NCBI GenBank assembly: GCA_963754875.1
Contig: CAVWHO010000005.1
Location: forward strand, 1-64,000
Origin: Nitrospirota bacterium
Lineage (GTDB): Bacteria; Nitrospirota; UBA9217
Reading direction: 5' to 3'
Length of the DNA: 64,000 bases
Part shown: positions 9,639 to 19,588 of the stretch, piece after piece
Layout: each line of letters begins with the position of its first letter
Numbering within the stretch: the first letter of the stretch is position 1
Made by a program: the position numbers and the translations under genes
Notes under the pieces: model-generated
Told to the model about the DNA's origin: nothing
What the model saw: the letters and a program-made list of their open reading frames with translations, nothing else
Databases searched by the model: none

Positions 9639-11455
9639 ATGACTCTTTACCCAAAACAACTTTCCCGTTCGATCACCCTGAAACTCATTCTCTCCCTCGG
9701 TCTTCTCATGATCATAGGGTGGAGCATATCCTGGTATACCTTGATCAATGCGGGAAAAAGAAATCTCCTGGCCGGAGTGGTAAACCGCACGGCCTCCAAT
9801 TCAGATCTGGTGAAGAAAAGCACGCGGTACAGCATGCTGACATTCAACCGGGAGGCCATTCAACAGACTGTGGAGGAGATCGGATCAACTAGGGACATCG
9901 AGGGGATCAGGATATTCGACAACAAGGGCGGTGTTTACTATTCGTCTAAACGAGAGGAAATCGGGCGTCAGGTGGACCGGGGGGCGCAAGCATGCATTGG
10001 TTGTCATGCCGACCCCATGAAGCCGGCTGAGACCTTGATCGGCGACCAGCAGTGGGTCACGTACACCGGGACAAAAGGCCACCGCGTCCTGACGTTCGTC
10101 GAGCCGATTTACAACGATCCTTCCTGTTCCGGTGCGGCCTGCCATATCCATCCTCAAAGTCAAAGGGTCCTCGGAGTTCTCGAAACGGATTTTTCCCTGC
10201 TCTCGCTCGATAATGAAATCCGGAGACAGGCGATCGCGATAACTGTCTATGCCGTTTTGTTCGCGGGAATTATTTTCGCGATACCATACGCCATTTTGCG
10301 AAAGATTCTGCTCGAGCCGATATCGTCCCTTTCTGTTGCTATGCAAAAGGTCGCTGGCGGCGATCTGGCGCGTAGGGTGGACTTCAACACGCAGGACGAA
10401 ATGGGCCTGCTTGCGCAAGCGTTCAACACCATGACCGGCGATCTTGAGGCCGCGAAGCTTCGGATGGAACATTGGAACCAGGCGCTGGGAGAAGAGGTGG
10501 AGAGAAAGACCGGCGAACTCAGAAAAGCGCAGGGCAAACTGGTTGAAGCCGAAAAACTGGCGGCGCTCGGAAGGCTGACCGCCGACGTGGCGCATGAGAT
10601 CAGGAATCCCCTTACCGCGGTCGGCGGATTCGCCCGTAGACTGCATAAAGAGGCGACAACGGACAAAGAGCGGAAATACGCCGAGATCGTAGAAACGGAA
10701 GTGGACAGGCTCGAAAAAATATTACGCGATGTACTTATTTTTTCGCGCGATGCACGGTTTTTGTTCTAGAGAGGTATTCGATGGCCGAAGTGGTCCGGGC
10801 AGCGGCCCTTCTGTACCGGGATGAATGCGCGGAAGGGGGGATAACCATTCGCGTGGAGATCCTGGGCGATCTCCCCCCGGTTTTGATGGACAAGGACCAG
10901 ATGCTTCAAGCCCTCGGCAATCTGATCACCAATGCGGCGGACGCGATGCAGAACGGCGGTACGTTGGAAATCCAGGCCGGAATGGATAAAATGCGGCATG
11001 CGACCTTCGTCTATGTAAAAGTGTCCGATACGGGAACGGGAATCGATACGGACAAACTTCCGCTGATCTTCGAACCATTCTTTTCGACGAAGGAAACCGG
11101 ACACGGCACAGGACTCGGGCTATCGATCACGAGAAAGATCATGGAAGAACACGGCGGTTTTGTGAAAGCGGCAAGCGTGCGAGGAAAAGGCTCTGCCTTC
11201 AGCCTCTATTTCCCGTGCCAACTCGAAGAGGATGCACTCAAGGTGCCATGCTGGGAGTACATGCACTGCGGAAGGGACCGGGATGCAACCAGGAAATGTC
11301 CGGCCTACCCGCATTTCGGCAGGCTTTGCTGGATTGTGGCGGGCACGTTCTGCGAAAGTAAGGTGCAGGGGACCTTCGCGGCGAAAGGGGAAGAGTGCGA
11401 CACCTGCGGGTTTTTCAAGGAAGCTGCGTTAGGGAAAACAGAAGATTCAGGATGA
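9639..11455 (+). CDS. Sensor histidine kinase: periplasmic heme-motif sensor, HAMP, HisKA, HATPase, C-terminal two-CW domain; one frameshift at ~10760
   Basis: ORFs 9639-10769 (CIGCH, CSGAACH, DEMGLLA, AHEIRNPL) and 10781-11455 (NAADAM, DTGTGI, GTGLGL, CWEYMHC...CWIVAGTFC) join if one T is added to the T5 run at 10758-10762. Confidence 0.85.
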
Positions 11456-12049
11456 AGCGGAGTCAGCGTGCTTTTGTGGTTTCAGAGTTCCACGGGTATA
11501 AGCCCGTGGGTATCTCCTGCATTCAGTAAATAACTACTCCATCGACCATCTACAATTCTGCAACACCAATATCATGACAAAGACAAAGACTACAGCTTGT
11601 AACTTTATGCGTATAGAAGAATGGAAACTCTAACGGATTCAGGATCAAGTTCGATGTCACGTGCTATAGCCATCATAAAAAATCATCCTCCAAATTATTT
11701 TAACCGATCGGGCCAAAGGGTTTGTTTAAGTCCTTCGTAAACATTAAACACAATCGGACAAACGGGGCAGTTGGAGACTACCTGGTACATGAGGTAATTT
11801 GCCTAATATGCTTTACGAAATCTAGATAAGGGAAAGCTCTGGACTGCCTTATCAAAATGGGTTTACCCTCAAGCCTTTGCAAGCACATAGATAAGAAGGG
11901 ATAAGAACAGTAAACTGACCCAAAGAGGCCACGCAGTTTTAGTAAAAAATATTTGGTAAAATTCCTTTATCATCTTTTTCTTATTTACTGGAATCCGAAT
12001 TAAAAAACATTGTCAGAATGTGGCATAATTTAGCTTTCCTTGCTGTAGT

Positions 12050-12424
12050 TTAATTCGCATGAGGCCGCTTCATCGCCGCTTTTACGATAAGGTTTAGTTC
12101 ATTTATTTTGACCGGCTTGGTGATGTATTCAAACGCACCTAGACTCATAGACTTTATATAAAGATCGATGCTGCCGTGGGCGGTCAATACGATAACCGGC
12201 ACTGACGGTACAAGACTCCTGAGCGTCATCATGAAATCGCCGCCGTCCATTCCCGGCATCTGGTAATCGGTGATTATGAGGTCGATTCCGTCAGTTTCAC
12301 GGATAGTGGAGAGAGCTGATTCTGCATCAGACCTCGCGATAACGTAATGCCCGGATCGACTTAACATTTCTCCAATCGTCACCAAAACGTCGGGATCATC
12401 ATCTACCAGGATTATCGTTCTCAT
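12050..12424 (-). CDS. Single-domain response regulator receiver
   Basis: LVDDD, TDYQMPGMDG, LTAHG, YITKP. Confidence 0.9.
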   Translation of the reverse strand: MRTIILVDDDPDVLVTIGEMLSRSGHYVIARSDAESALSTIRETDGIDLIITDYQMPGMDGGDFMMTLRSLVPSVPVIVLTAHGSIDLYIKSMSLGAFEYITKPVKINELNLIVKAAMKRPHAN

Positions 12425-12560
12425 TGTTCTAACCGGCATTGGTGCAGCGGCCGCTCCACGTTATTGAAGACGTTTCTCTCTTTCAGAAAATATCTATTGA
12501 GTATATGTCGAGAAGTTATACGGCGCCGACGATTCTTTCGTATTCCGCAACTAGTTTGAG

Positions 12561-12675
12561 TATTCTGCTCCAATTCAGGCAGCCATTCCACTGCAATTCA
12601 GGCACCTGTTCTGCTCCAATTCAGGCACCCATTCCACTGCAATTCGGGCCGGTGTTCCGCTCCAATTCAGGCACC
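12561..12675 (+). repeat. Five 23-bp tandem repeats at the IS21 left end
   Basis: Alternating TTCTGCTCCAATTCAGGCA / TTCCACTGCAATTCAGGCA units. Confidence 0.9.
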
Positions 12676-12757
12676 CTCTAACGCATTAAACGACGCTGGG
12701 TAAATTCTACAAATTCGTATATCCTGCTCCTTAAAATTCGCTTCTAAGGAGAGCTGG

Positions 12758-14299
12758 ATGACGAGAGAAAGAATACCCGTGCGAACAATTAAAGAAGTTT
12801 TACGCCTCAAATGGTCCTGCGGCCTAGACCGCCGCGCTATATCCAAAAGCTGTGGAATAGCCAGAAGCACCGTTGACGAGTATACGAAACGAGCCAGACA
12901 GGCCGGGCTATCATGGCCCCTGCCGGCAGACCTGGACGATACCGCCCTCGAGCATCTTCTCTACCCGCCGGTCATTGTCTCCACATCTCCACGTCCGCTC
13001 CCTGTATGGGAGGATGTTCACCGCGAGCTTGCGCGTAAAAGTGTTACCCTGATGCTCCTGTGGGACGAGTACAAAGCGCAATATCCTGAAGGATATCAGT
13101 ACGCACATTTTTGTGACCTCTATCGCGCCTATGCAAAAAAGCTCGATATCTCCATGCGACAGGTTCATCTTGCAGGAGAAAAGCTGTTTGTTGATTACTG
13201 TGGCCAAACAGTCTCGGTAATCGACAAATCCACCGGAGAGGTACACAACTGTCAGATCTTCGTCGCCGTCCTAGGCGCCAGCAACTTTACATATGCCGAA
13301 GCAACGTTTACGCAGGGTCTGCCAGACTGGATCGGTTCCCATGTCCGGACCCTTAAGTTCATCGACGGTGTGCCCGAGATCCTGATCCCTGATAATCTTC
13401 TCTCCGGCATCACCAAGGTCTGTCGCTATGAGCCAGGCGTCAATCGCACCTATCAAGAGCTTGCAGTTCATTACGGTGCTGCGGTCATTCCTGCCCGCGT
13501 CAGGAAGCCTAAAGACAAAGCGAAAGTTGAAGCCGGAGTCCTTCTGGTGCAGCGTTGGATCCTGGCAGCCCTCAGGAACCGTACCTTCTTCAGCCTCGCA
13601 GAACTCAATGCCGCTATCCGGGAACTGCTGGATAGACTCAATAACCGGCCCTTCAAGAAGCTCTCCGGCAGCCGTATGAGCCGTTTTCTGGAGATCGATA
13701 AGCCTGCATTACAACCGCTGCCTGCTGTGGCCTTCGAGTACGCAGAATGGAAGATAAAAAAACGTTCCGGCATCGATTACCACGTCGAAGTCAATGACCA
13801 CTATTACAGCGTACCCTACCAACTCCGCAATGAATACCTGGACGTACGGCTAACGGAATCGATTGTAGAAGTCTTCTTTCACAACAAACGCATCGCCTCA
13901 CATATCCGGTCCTATGCCAAGGGAAGACATACGACACTTGCCGAGCACATGCCGAAGTCCCATCGGGACTATGCTGACTGGACCCCAGAGCGCCTGATAC
14001 GCTGGGCATCGGAAACCGGCAAATCAACGGCAGAGCTGGTTACGGCCATTCTCGCAAAGAAGCTTCACCCACAACAAGGCTTTCGTTCCTGTATGGGGAT
14101 CATCACTCTTTCCAAGAAGTTTGGCAAAGAACGCGTCGAGGCTGCCTGCAAGCGAGCACTCGCCATCGGGGGCATCAGTTTCGGAAGCGTCAAGTCCATC
14201 CTTGAAACAAATTTAGACAAAAAACCGTTACCAGAGCCAAAAGCCGCATCACAGGCGATCACTCACAGCAACATCCGTGGCAGCGAATACTATAACTAA
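12758..14299 (+). CDS. istA: IS21 transposase IstA
   Basis: HTH, GEKLFVDYCG, IPDN, KPKDKAKVE (DDE), HYYSVPY. Confidence 0.95.
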   Translation: MTRERIPVRTIKEVLRLKWSCGLDRRAISKSCGIARSTVDEYTKRARQAGLSWPLPADLDDTALEHLLYPPVIVSTSPRPLPVWEDVHRELARKSVTLMLLWDEYKAQYPEGYQYAHFCDLYRAYAKKLDISMRQVHLAGEKLFVDYCGQTVSVIDKSTGEVHNCQIFVAVLGASNFTYAEATFTQGLPDWIGSHVRTLKFIDGVPEILIPDNLLSGITKVCRYEPGVNRTYQELAVHYGAAVIPARVRKPKDKAKVEAGVLLVQRWILAALRNRTFFSLAELNAAIRELLDRLNNRPFKKLSGSRMSRFLEIDKPALQPLPAVAFEYAEWKIKKRSGIDYHVEVNDHYYSVPYQLRNEYLDVRLTESIVEVFFHNKRIASHIRSYAKGRHTTLAEHMPKSHRDYADWTPERLIRWASETGKSTAELVTAILAKKLHPQQGFRSCMGIITLSKKFGKERVEAACKRALAIGGISFGSVKSILETNLDKKPLPEPKAASQAITHSNIRGSEYYN

Positions 14300-14317
14300 C
14301 TGCAAAAGGAGACTATT

Positions 14318-15058
14318 ATGTTAGCGCATCCCACACTCGACAAGATCGAACAACTCCGTCTTTTTGGCATGGCAAAAGCCCTGCGTGAACAACTGCAGAA
14401 TCAAAAAGCGACTTCACTAAGCTTTGAGGAGCGGCTTGGGCTCCTTATTGACCGAGAACTGACAGAACGAGAGAACAGACGGCTTGTTACGCGCTTACGA
14501 GCTGCAAAACTGAGAATCTCAGCATCTATCGAAGACATCGACTTCCGTCAGCCCCGAGGGCTGGACAAATCGCTCATTCTGTCGCTTGCGTCGAACCAGT
14601 GGATTATCGAGCATCACAATCTGCTTATCATCGGCCCGACCGGCGTGGGAAAGAGCTATCTTGCCTGCGCCCTGTCCCACAAAGCCTGCCGTGATGGTCA
14701 TGCCGTCGTGTATCAGAGGCTGCCGAGGCTTCTTGAAGATCTGGCCCTATCGCATCACGACGGACGGTATCGGAAACTGATGAAGTCACTTCTCAAGGCA
14801 GACCTGCTTGTCCTCGACGACTTCGGACTTGCTCCGCTCACGACGGAACAGCAAAGAGATCTTCTGGAAATCATCGAGGACCGTTATGATCGCCGGTCGA
14901 CCCTCATAACTACCCAAATGCCGGTTAAGCACTGGCATGATATCCTGGCCGACCCGACCTTGGCTGACGCTATCATGGACCGTCTGGTGCATAACGCCTA
15001 CAAAATAGACCTGAAAGGAGAATCAATGAGAAAGAGCAAATCAAAGATCAATCGTTGA
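14318..15058 (+). CDS. istB: IS21 helper ATPase IstB
   Basis: GPTGVGKS, LLVLDDFG, ADAIMDRLVH. Confidence 0.95.
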   Translation: MLAHPTLDKIEQLRLFGMAKALREQLQNQKATSLSFEERLGLLIDRELTERENRRLVTRLRAAKLRISASIEDIDFRQPRGLDKSLILSLASNQWIIEHHNLLIIGPTGVGKSYLACALSHKACRDGHAVVYQRLPRLLEDLALSHHDGRYRKLMKSLLKADLLVLDDFGLAPLTTEQQRDLLEIIEDRYDRRSTLITTQMPVKHWHDILADPTLADAIMDRLVHNAYKIDLKGESMRKSKSKINR

Positions 15059-15685
15059 CAAGTCAAAATCCCTATGAGATAGTAGCTTTAACCCAGCAAT
15101 CGGTTATCCCGTTGGAGAGTGCCCGAATTGAATCGGAATGCGTGCCCGAAACGAAACCGAATGCCTGCCTGAATTCACCAGAATACACAACTAGTTCCTG
15201 CTTCTGATTCTTTATAACGCCTGAAAATACGACAAATCTGCCTTTTTTCCCTATTCGTCCTATAAGTTCTACTTCTGCAATCAGAATGTCGCCGGGGACC
15301 GCGTTTCTCTTATACCTCACCTTTTTTTGAACCACGTAAGGTTTTGTTCTTAAGCCTGTGTCTGAGACGGCAAGGAGAGCTGCCGCAACCAAGCAAATGA
15401 ACTCGTCTTGGGCATATCCAGGATAGGTAGGGGCACCTGGAAAGTGCCCTTCAAGGTCCCGGTCGTCGGCGGCTATCACCTTGGTCCCGATCATCCTGCA
15501 TGAATCCGCGCAACTGTAAAAAACGCCGTCAATCTTCCCGAGTGCGGCCCCGCGGTGGGGGAGGATTTTTTCGAGGCTGGTTCTATTGCAGCAAACGAAT
15601 AGTGATGGCATATTCAGTTCCTTCGGAAAAGCTTATTTTTTGTGATCGATTATGCTGCGGCAGATTGCTGATAGTAGAAAAAATA

Positions 15686-16321
15686 TTACTGCGCTTCAGC
15701 TCCTCCCAGGAACAAACGAAGTGCTTGCTGTATCCACTGGGTACGAAACTTTTCATCAGTAGATGAACTACCAAACAGGCCTTTCCAAATACGTTCTTTT
15801 TTCCTGGCGTGTACGATTTGGCCCATGAGAAATGATGCAGCAAAGAACGGGTCGATATCGGCAGCGAGGAGGCCTTTTCTTTTGGCCAGCGTCAAGAACT
15901 CTACCAATGCCTCGAGATGTTTGAAGATAGTTTTCTGAAATACCTCATTGCTCCTGTCCAGCTCACGCTGGATGATGGAAATGACGTCGGGGTTTTTGGT
16001 TATCGCTTCAATCGTCTGTCTTATAAATATCTCTAGTCGAATTTTCAAGTCCTCGGCGCTTTGAGGAGGCTGAAGGGTTTTTCTCGCGGATACCAATAAC
16101 TCCGATATGAATTGTTCGATGATCTGTTTGAAAAGATTCTCTTTTGAATCAAAATGGTAATTAATGGCCGCAATGTTCACACTAGCCGCTTCGCTGATCT
16201 CCCTTATTGATACCCCGTCGTACCCTTTTTCCGCAAATAGCCGGGTAGCCTCAGAAACGATGCGGCCTGCCGTATCTTGAGAAAAACGAACTGATTGCTT
16301 TAATTTATTTTTTTCAATCAT
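15686..16321 (-). CDS. TetR/AcrR family regulator
   Basis: LFAEKGYDGVSIREISEAASVNIAAINYHFDSKENL. Confidence 0.92.
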   Translation of the reverse strand: MIEKNKLKQSVRFSQDTAGRIVSEATRLFAEKGYDGVSIREISEAASVNIAAINYHFDSKENLFKQIIEQFISELLVSARKTLQPPQSAEDLKIRLEIFIRQTIEAITKNPDVISIIQRELDRSNEVFQKTIFKHLEALVEFLTLAKRKGLLAADIDPFFAASFLMGQIVHARKKERIWKGLFGSSSTDEKFRTQWIQQALRLFLGGAEAQ

Positions 16322-16795
16322 CCAGTGACACCTCGCCTCTCAATACAATGTAAAAAACAAAGACTAATGCAATATTAATACAACTATGCAAAATTGTCAA
16401 ATTTATGTTTATTTAATTCAAATATTCGTTTAAAAAATGATATTTTTACAATCAACTAACTGTGTTAGCCAATGGACCAAACTAGACAATTACTCCTGTG
16501 GTGTACTGATTGGAATGATTAAGAAAAGGGGGGAGGACTTCGTTGCCTATAAAAGATTGGCAGCTGATTCTAACAACTGCGGAATGAAGTTCGCAGAAAT
16601 GGCGGGGTACGATTCGTGAGAAGTACAGGAAGGAGAACTCACTGCAAACTACAGCTGTATTCATCATCTCGACAGCTTTAGGCACTGATTCCCATATAAC
16701 TTGAAGTGCTGCATAGCTTCCAACAACAAACCAGAAATCAAGAAAAATTGCTGCATACCATCAAAATCCACGACGGATTAAAAAAGATTAGATTA

Positions 16796-18289
16796 TCACC
16801 AATCAATTCCTTTTTGAAATAAGAAGGCTTGGGCTTTTTTGTTTCCCAACTTCGCAGCCATTTTAAGATTTTGGAACCTCATATTATTATCTCCTTGTCC
16901 GGCATAAGCATTCGCTCGATTAACATATGCTTCCGCATCATTCGGGTTCAGTTCTATCGCTTTGCTGTAATCATCGATAGCCTGCTGGTGGTCGTCTAAA
17001 TCGTTAAAAGCACTCCCTCGATTAATATATGCCTCTGCATCATGCGGATTTAGTTCTATCGCTTTACTGTAATCATCAATGGCCTTCTGATGTTCGCCCA
17101 AATCGTTAAAAGCACTCCCTCGATTATTGTATGCCTGCGCCATTTTCGGATTTAGTTCTATAGCTTTGTTGTAGTCCTCAATGGCACGCTGATGGTCGCC
17201 TAAATTGTGATAAGCACTACCTCGATTGTAGTACGCCTCCGCATAATTCGGGTTTAGTTTTATAGCTTTGTTGTAATCATCGATAGCCTGCTGATGGTTT
17301 CCTAAAGCGTCATAAGTAACTCCACGGTTTGAGTACGCCTCCGCATAATTCGGATTTAGTTTTATAGCTTTGTTGTAATCACCGATAGCCTGCTGCAGCT
17401 TTCCTAAAGTTTTATAAGTAAACCCTCGGTTGAAGTACGCTAATGCATATTTTGGATTCAGTTCTATAGTCTTGCTGTAATCATCGATAGCCTGCTGATG
17501 GTTCCCTAAATCTCCATAATTAAATCCTCGATTATTATATGCATTTTCATCATTCGGAATTAGTTCAATAACTTTATTGTAATCATTGATAGCTTGCTGG
17601 TGGTTTCCTAACCTGGAATATGCATTAGCACGACTATAATAGGCCAATGCAAATTTCGGATACAGTTCTATTGCATTTGTATATGCATTAATCGCCCCAT
17701 TGAGGTTATTTGACAAGTGCAAAACCATGCCTCTATCAAACCAATCTGCTGCGCTTAAATCCTTAACTGCATTAGCATACTCACGCTGCTTTTTAGTATC
17801 TCCCCTAAGTAATTTAAATTCTTTCTTTAGCCTCTCCATTACTCTCATTGCTTCTTCAGCTTTATTCTTTGAGTCCTCAAGTCCTTTGCTTATCTGAAGA
17901 TCAGTTATTAATGCATCAACCGATTTAGCCACTTCCTTCGGGTCTGCGGTAATCTTTGCCTTGAGATAGTAGGTTCTTCTGTCCCATCTCTCGTTAATAA
18001 CCTCAGCACTCACGATTCCTGCCGTAAGCGTTGTTAATTGGTCCTTGGTCATTTGAAAATTTTTAAATTCGGTTTCATTGATAAGATAAGTCCCAAGCTC
18101 TTCCAGTAAAGCTCGCTTAACCTGTTCAAGTGCTATGGCTCGGCTCGACACTTTGCTGTCGATATCGCTTGCCCTGTAAGTGTATTCCTTGATGAAGGTT
18201 TTAGGTTGAGCCGAAGCTATATTAGTAAAAGATAGCGAAACTATTAAACCTATAGCGGCAAAAAATGATTTGACTTTATTCATTGCCAT
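16796..18289 (-). CDS. Secreted TPR-repeat protein
   Basis: Signal peptide; about eight near-identical 34-aa TPRs (AYxNRG...AIDDYxKAIELNP). Confidence 0.9.
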   Translation of the reverse strand: MAMNKVKSFFAAIGLIVSLSFTNIASAQPKTFIKEYTYRASDIDSKVSSRAIALEQVKRALLEELGTYLINETEFKNFQMTKDQLTTLTAGIVSAEVINERWDRRTYYLKAKITADPKEVAKSVDALITDLQISKGLEDSKNKAEEAMRVMERLKKEFKLLRGDTKKQREYANAVKDLSAADWFDRGMVLHLSNNLNGAINAYTNAIELYPKFALAYYSRANAYSRLGNHQQAINDYNKVIELIPNDENAYNNRGFNYGDLGNHQQAIDDYSKTIELNPKYALAYFNRGFTYKTLGKLQQAIGDYNKAIKLNPNYAEAYSNRGVTYDALGNHQQAIDDYNKAIKLNPNYAEAYYNRGSAYHNLGDHQRAIEDYNKAIELNPKMAQAYNNRGSAFNDLGEHQKAIDDYSKAIELNPHDAEAYINRGSAFNDLDDHQQAIDDYSKAIELNPNDAEAYVNRANAYAGQGDNNMRFQNLKMAAKLGNKKAQAFLFQKGIDW

Positions 18290-18337
18290 GAGTTGTTCTT
18301 CCACCTTAGGGAAAACAGACTTGTACATTGCTAACGC

Positions 18338-18366
18338 AGTATGGCAGGCGAGAATAAATGTGTCAA
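18338..18366 (-). promoter_or_regulatory. Sigma70-like promoter of the TPR gene
   Basis: TTGACA-17 nt-CATACT with a TG extension. Confidence 0.55.
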
Positions 18367-18377
18367 GTGCTATTCGG

Positions 18378-18410
18378 AAAAAAGAAAAGCCCACTCAGTG
18401 AGGAATGGGC
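18378..18410 (-). terminator. Terminator after the HU gene
   Basis: GCCCATTC...GAGTGGGC stem then TTTTCTTTTTT. Confidence 0.7.
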
Positions 18411-18438
18411 AAGAGATAACAGAACGGACAGGACTTGA

Positions 18439-18726
18439 TTACTTCGCGCCGAGAATTGCATCTTTGGCAGCTTTAGCTACCCTGAATTTCACGACCTTCT
18501 TTGCCTTTATCTTGATGGTTTCCCCTGTTGCGGGGTTCCTGCCCACACGGGCTTTCCGCTGAACGAGTACAAGCTTACCGAGTCCAGGAAACGTGAAGGT
18601 GTTCTTTGCTTCCTTGTAAGCTGTTTCAGCGATGAAGTCTAGTATCTCACTAGCTGCCTTCTTTGAAAGAGATGCCTGCTCCGCTACCTTTGTTATCAAC
18701 TGCGATTTGGTCATTGCCTTTGCCAT
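18439..18726 (-). CDS. hup: HU family DNA-binding protein
   Basis: MTKSQLI, FPGLGKL, RKARVGRNPATGETIKI, VKFR. Confidence 0.95.
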   Translation of the reverse strand: MAKAMTKSQLITKVAEQASLSKKAASEILDFIAETAYKEAKNTFTFPGLGKLVLVQRKARVGRNPATGETIKIKAKKVVKFRVAKAAKDAILGAK

Positions 18727-18788
18727 GTGTGGTCCTCCTCCTATGAAATAGATTGGTGGTGGTAAGACAGCTTACAGTATACCATTGG

Positions 18789-19232
18789 TTAAGTGTTATA
18801 TTCATTATTGAAATCTGAGTCTGACATTGAAAGAAACATTATCCCTTCGATAAAACCCACAATAGAGGGTACAAACGTCCAGCAAAAGAATAGGTAAATC
18901 AGCCCTCCCGCAATGTTTCCGAGGTAAAATTTGTGGATACCAAGACCACCAAGAAATATGGCAAGAAGGGCTGCTGTAACACGGCTACGTTCTTTTTCAC
19001 GTGGTGGACGTGTTTGCTGCACACCGCATTTAGGACAGATTTCAGAATGAACGTATATTTGAGTCCCGCAAGCGTGACAATATTTGGTTTGAGTCGTTCC
19101 CTGAGCAACCGGATTGATTGCAGTCGAACCACTTGTTCTAGATTGTTTTTTACGTTGTGTCCCGGCAAAAATAAGAATAATAGCGAGTGCAATTAACGCT
19201 ATCATCGGATGCAGTATGCCAAACCCAAACAT
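18789..19232 (-). CDS. TM2-domain membrane protein with zinc ribbon
   Basis: CHACG/CPKCG; KSR-like AALLAIFLGGLGIHKFYLG. Confidence 0.88.
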   Translation of the reverse strand: MFGFGILHPMIALIALAIILIFAGTQRKKQSRTSGSTAINPVAQGTTQTKYCHACGTQIYVHSEICPKCGVQQTRPPREKERSRVTAALLAIFLGGLGIHKFYLGNIAGGLIYLFFCWTFVPSIVGFIEGIMFLSMSDSDFNNEYNT

Positions 19233-19588
19233 CAGAACCTCCTCCGTGAAGTAGATTGGCGTTTCAGTGCGATACTATAGTCAAATGTGGTGGTATTGGC
19301 AAGGACTTTCACCGAGCTGGAGGAGGGATGCTTGGATGCCTATTGTAGGCACCGGACTGCCCCGGTCTTTGCTAAAATCACGAAACTGTCACGAATTCGA
19401 AATGTATTCTGCAATTTGAAAAAAAGCGAAACACTCGCGGACTTCAGGATGTATCAATTGACAGAAAATCATGTCACAAAGTGCAGTGATACCAAACGAA
19501 TTTATGATCGGCACTATGATTTGATCACATGAGAAAAACGTTGTACGCGGCCACTCGATAATCGCTGATCTGATCTATTTGGATATGA

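Larger units (their letters stand above)
12557..15189 (+). mobile_element. IS21-family insertion sequence, 2633 bp, 7-bp target site duplication ACTAGTT
   Basis: TG...CA ends (TGAGTATTCTG vs reverse complement TGTGTATTCTG); ACTAGTT at 12550-12556 and 15190-15196; istA/istB inside; multiple terminal repeats. Confidence 0.95.
12516..15611 (-). pseudogene. fabZ: FabA/FabZ-like hotdog dehydratase interrupted by IS21 (5' part 15611-15190, 3' part 12549-12516)
   Basis: LPHR, GHFPGAPTYPG, VPGD motifs; removing the IS and one TSD copy restores ...QKQELV-AEYERIVGAV-stop. Confidence 0.8.

Noticed and set aside
10758..10781. Programmed frameshift or phase variation in the kinase
   Set aside because: Only T5, no clear slippery heptamer or stimulator, and many other indels point to sequencing error
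11490..11509. IS200/IS605-like end hairpin CCACGGG...CCCGTGG
   Set aside because: Single short palindrome with no tnpA/tnpB; may just be a terminator-like hairpin
12557..12675. CRISPR-like repeat array
   Set aside because: 23-bp units with no unique spacers; they are IS21 terminal repeats and there are no cas genes
16417..16434. TetR operator TTCAAATATTCGTTTAAA
   Set aside because: Imperfect palindrome in very AT-rich DNA; cannot be distinguished from chance
16920..17700. 102-bp DNA tandem repeats
   Set aside because: Explained by TPR coding repeats
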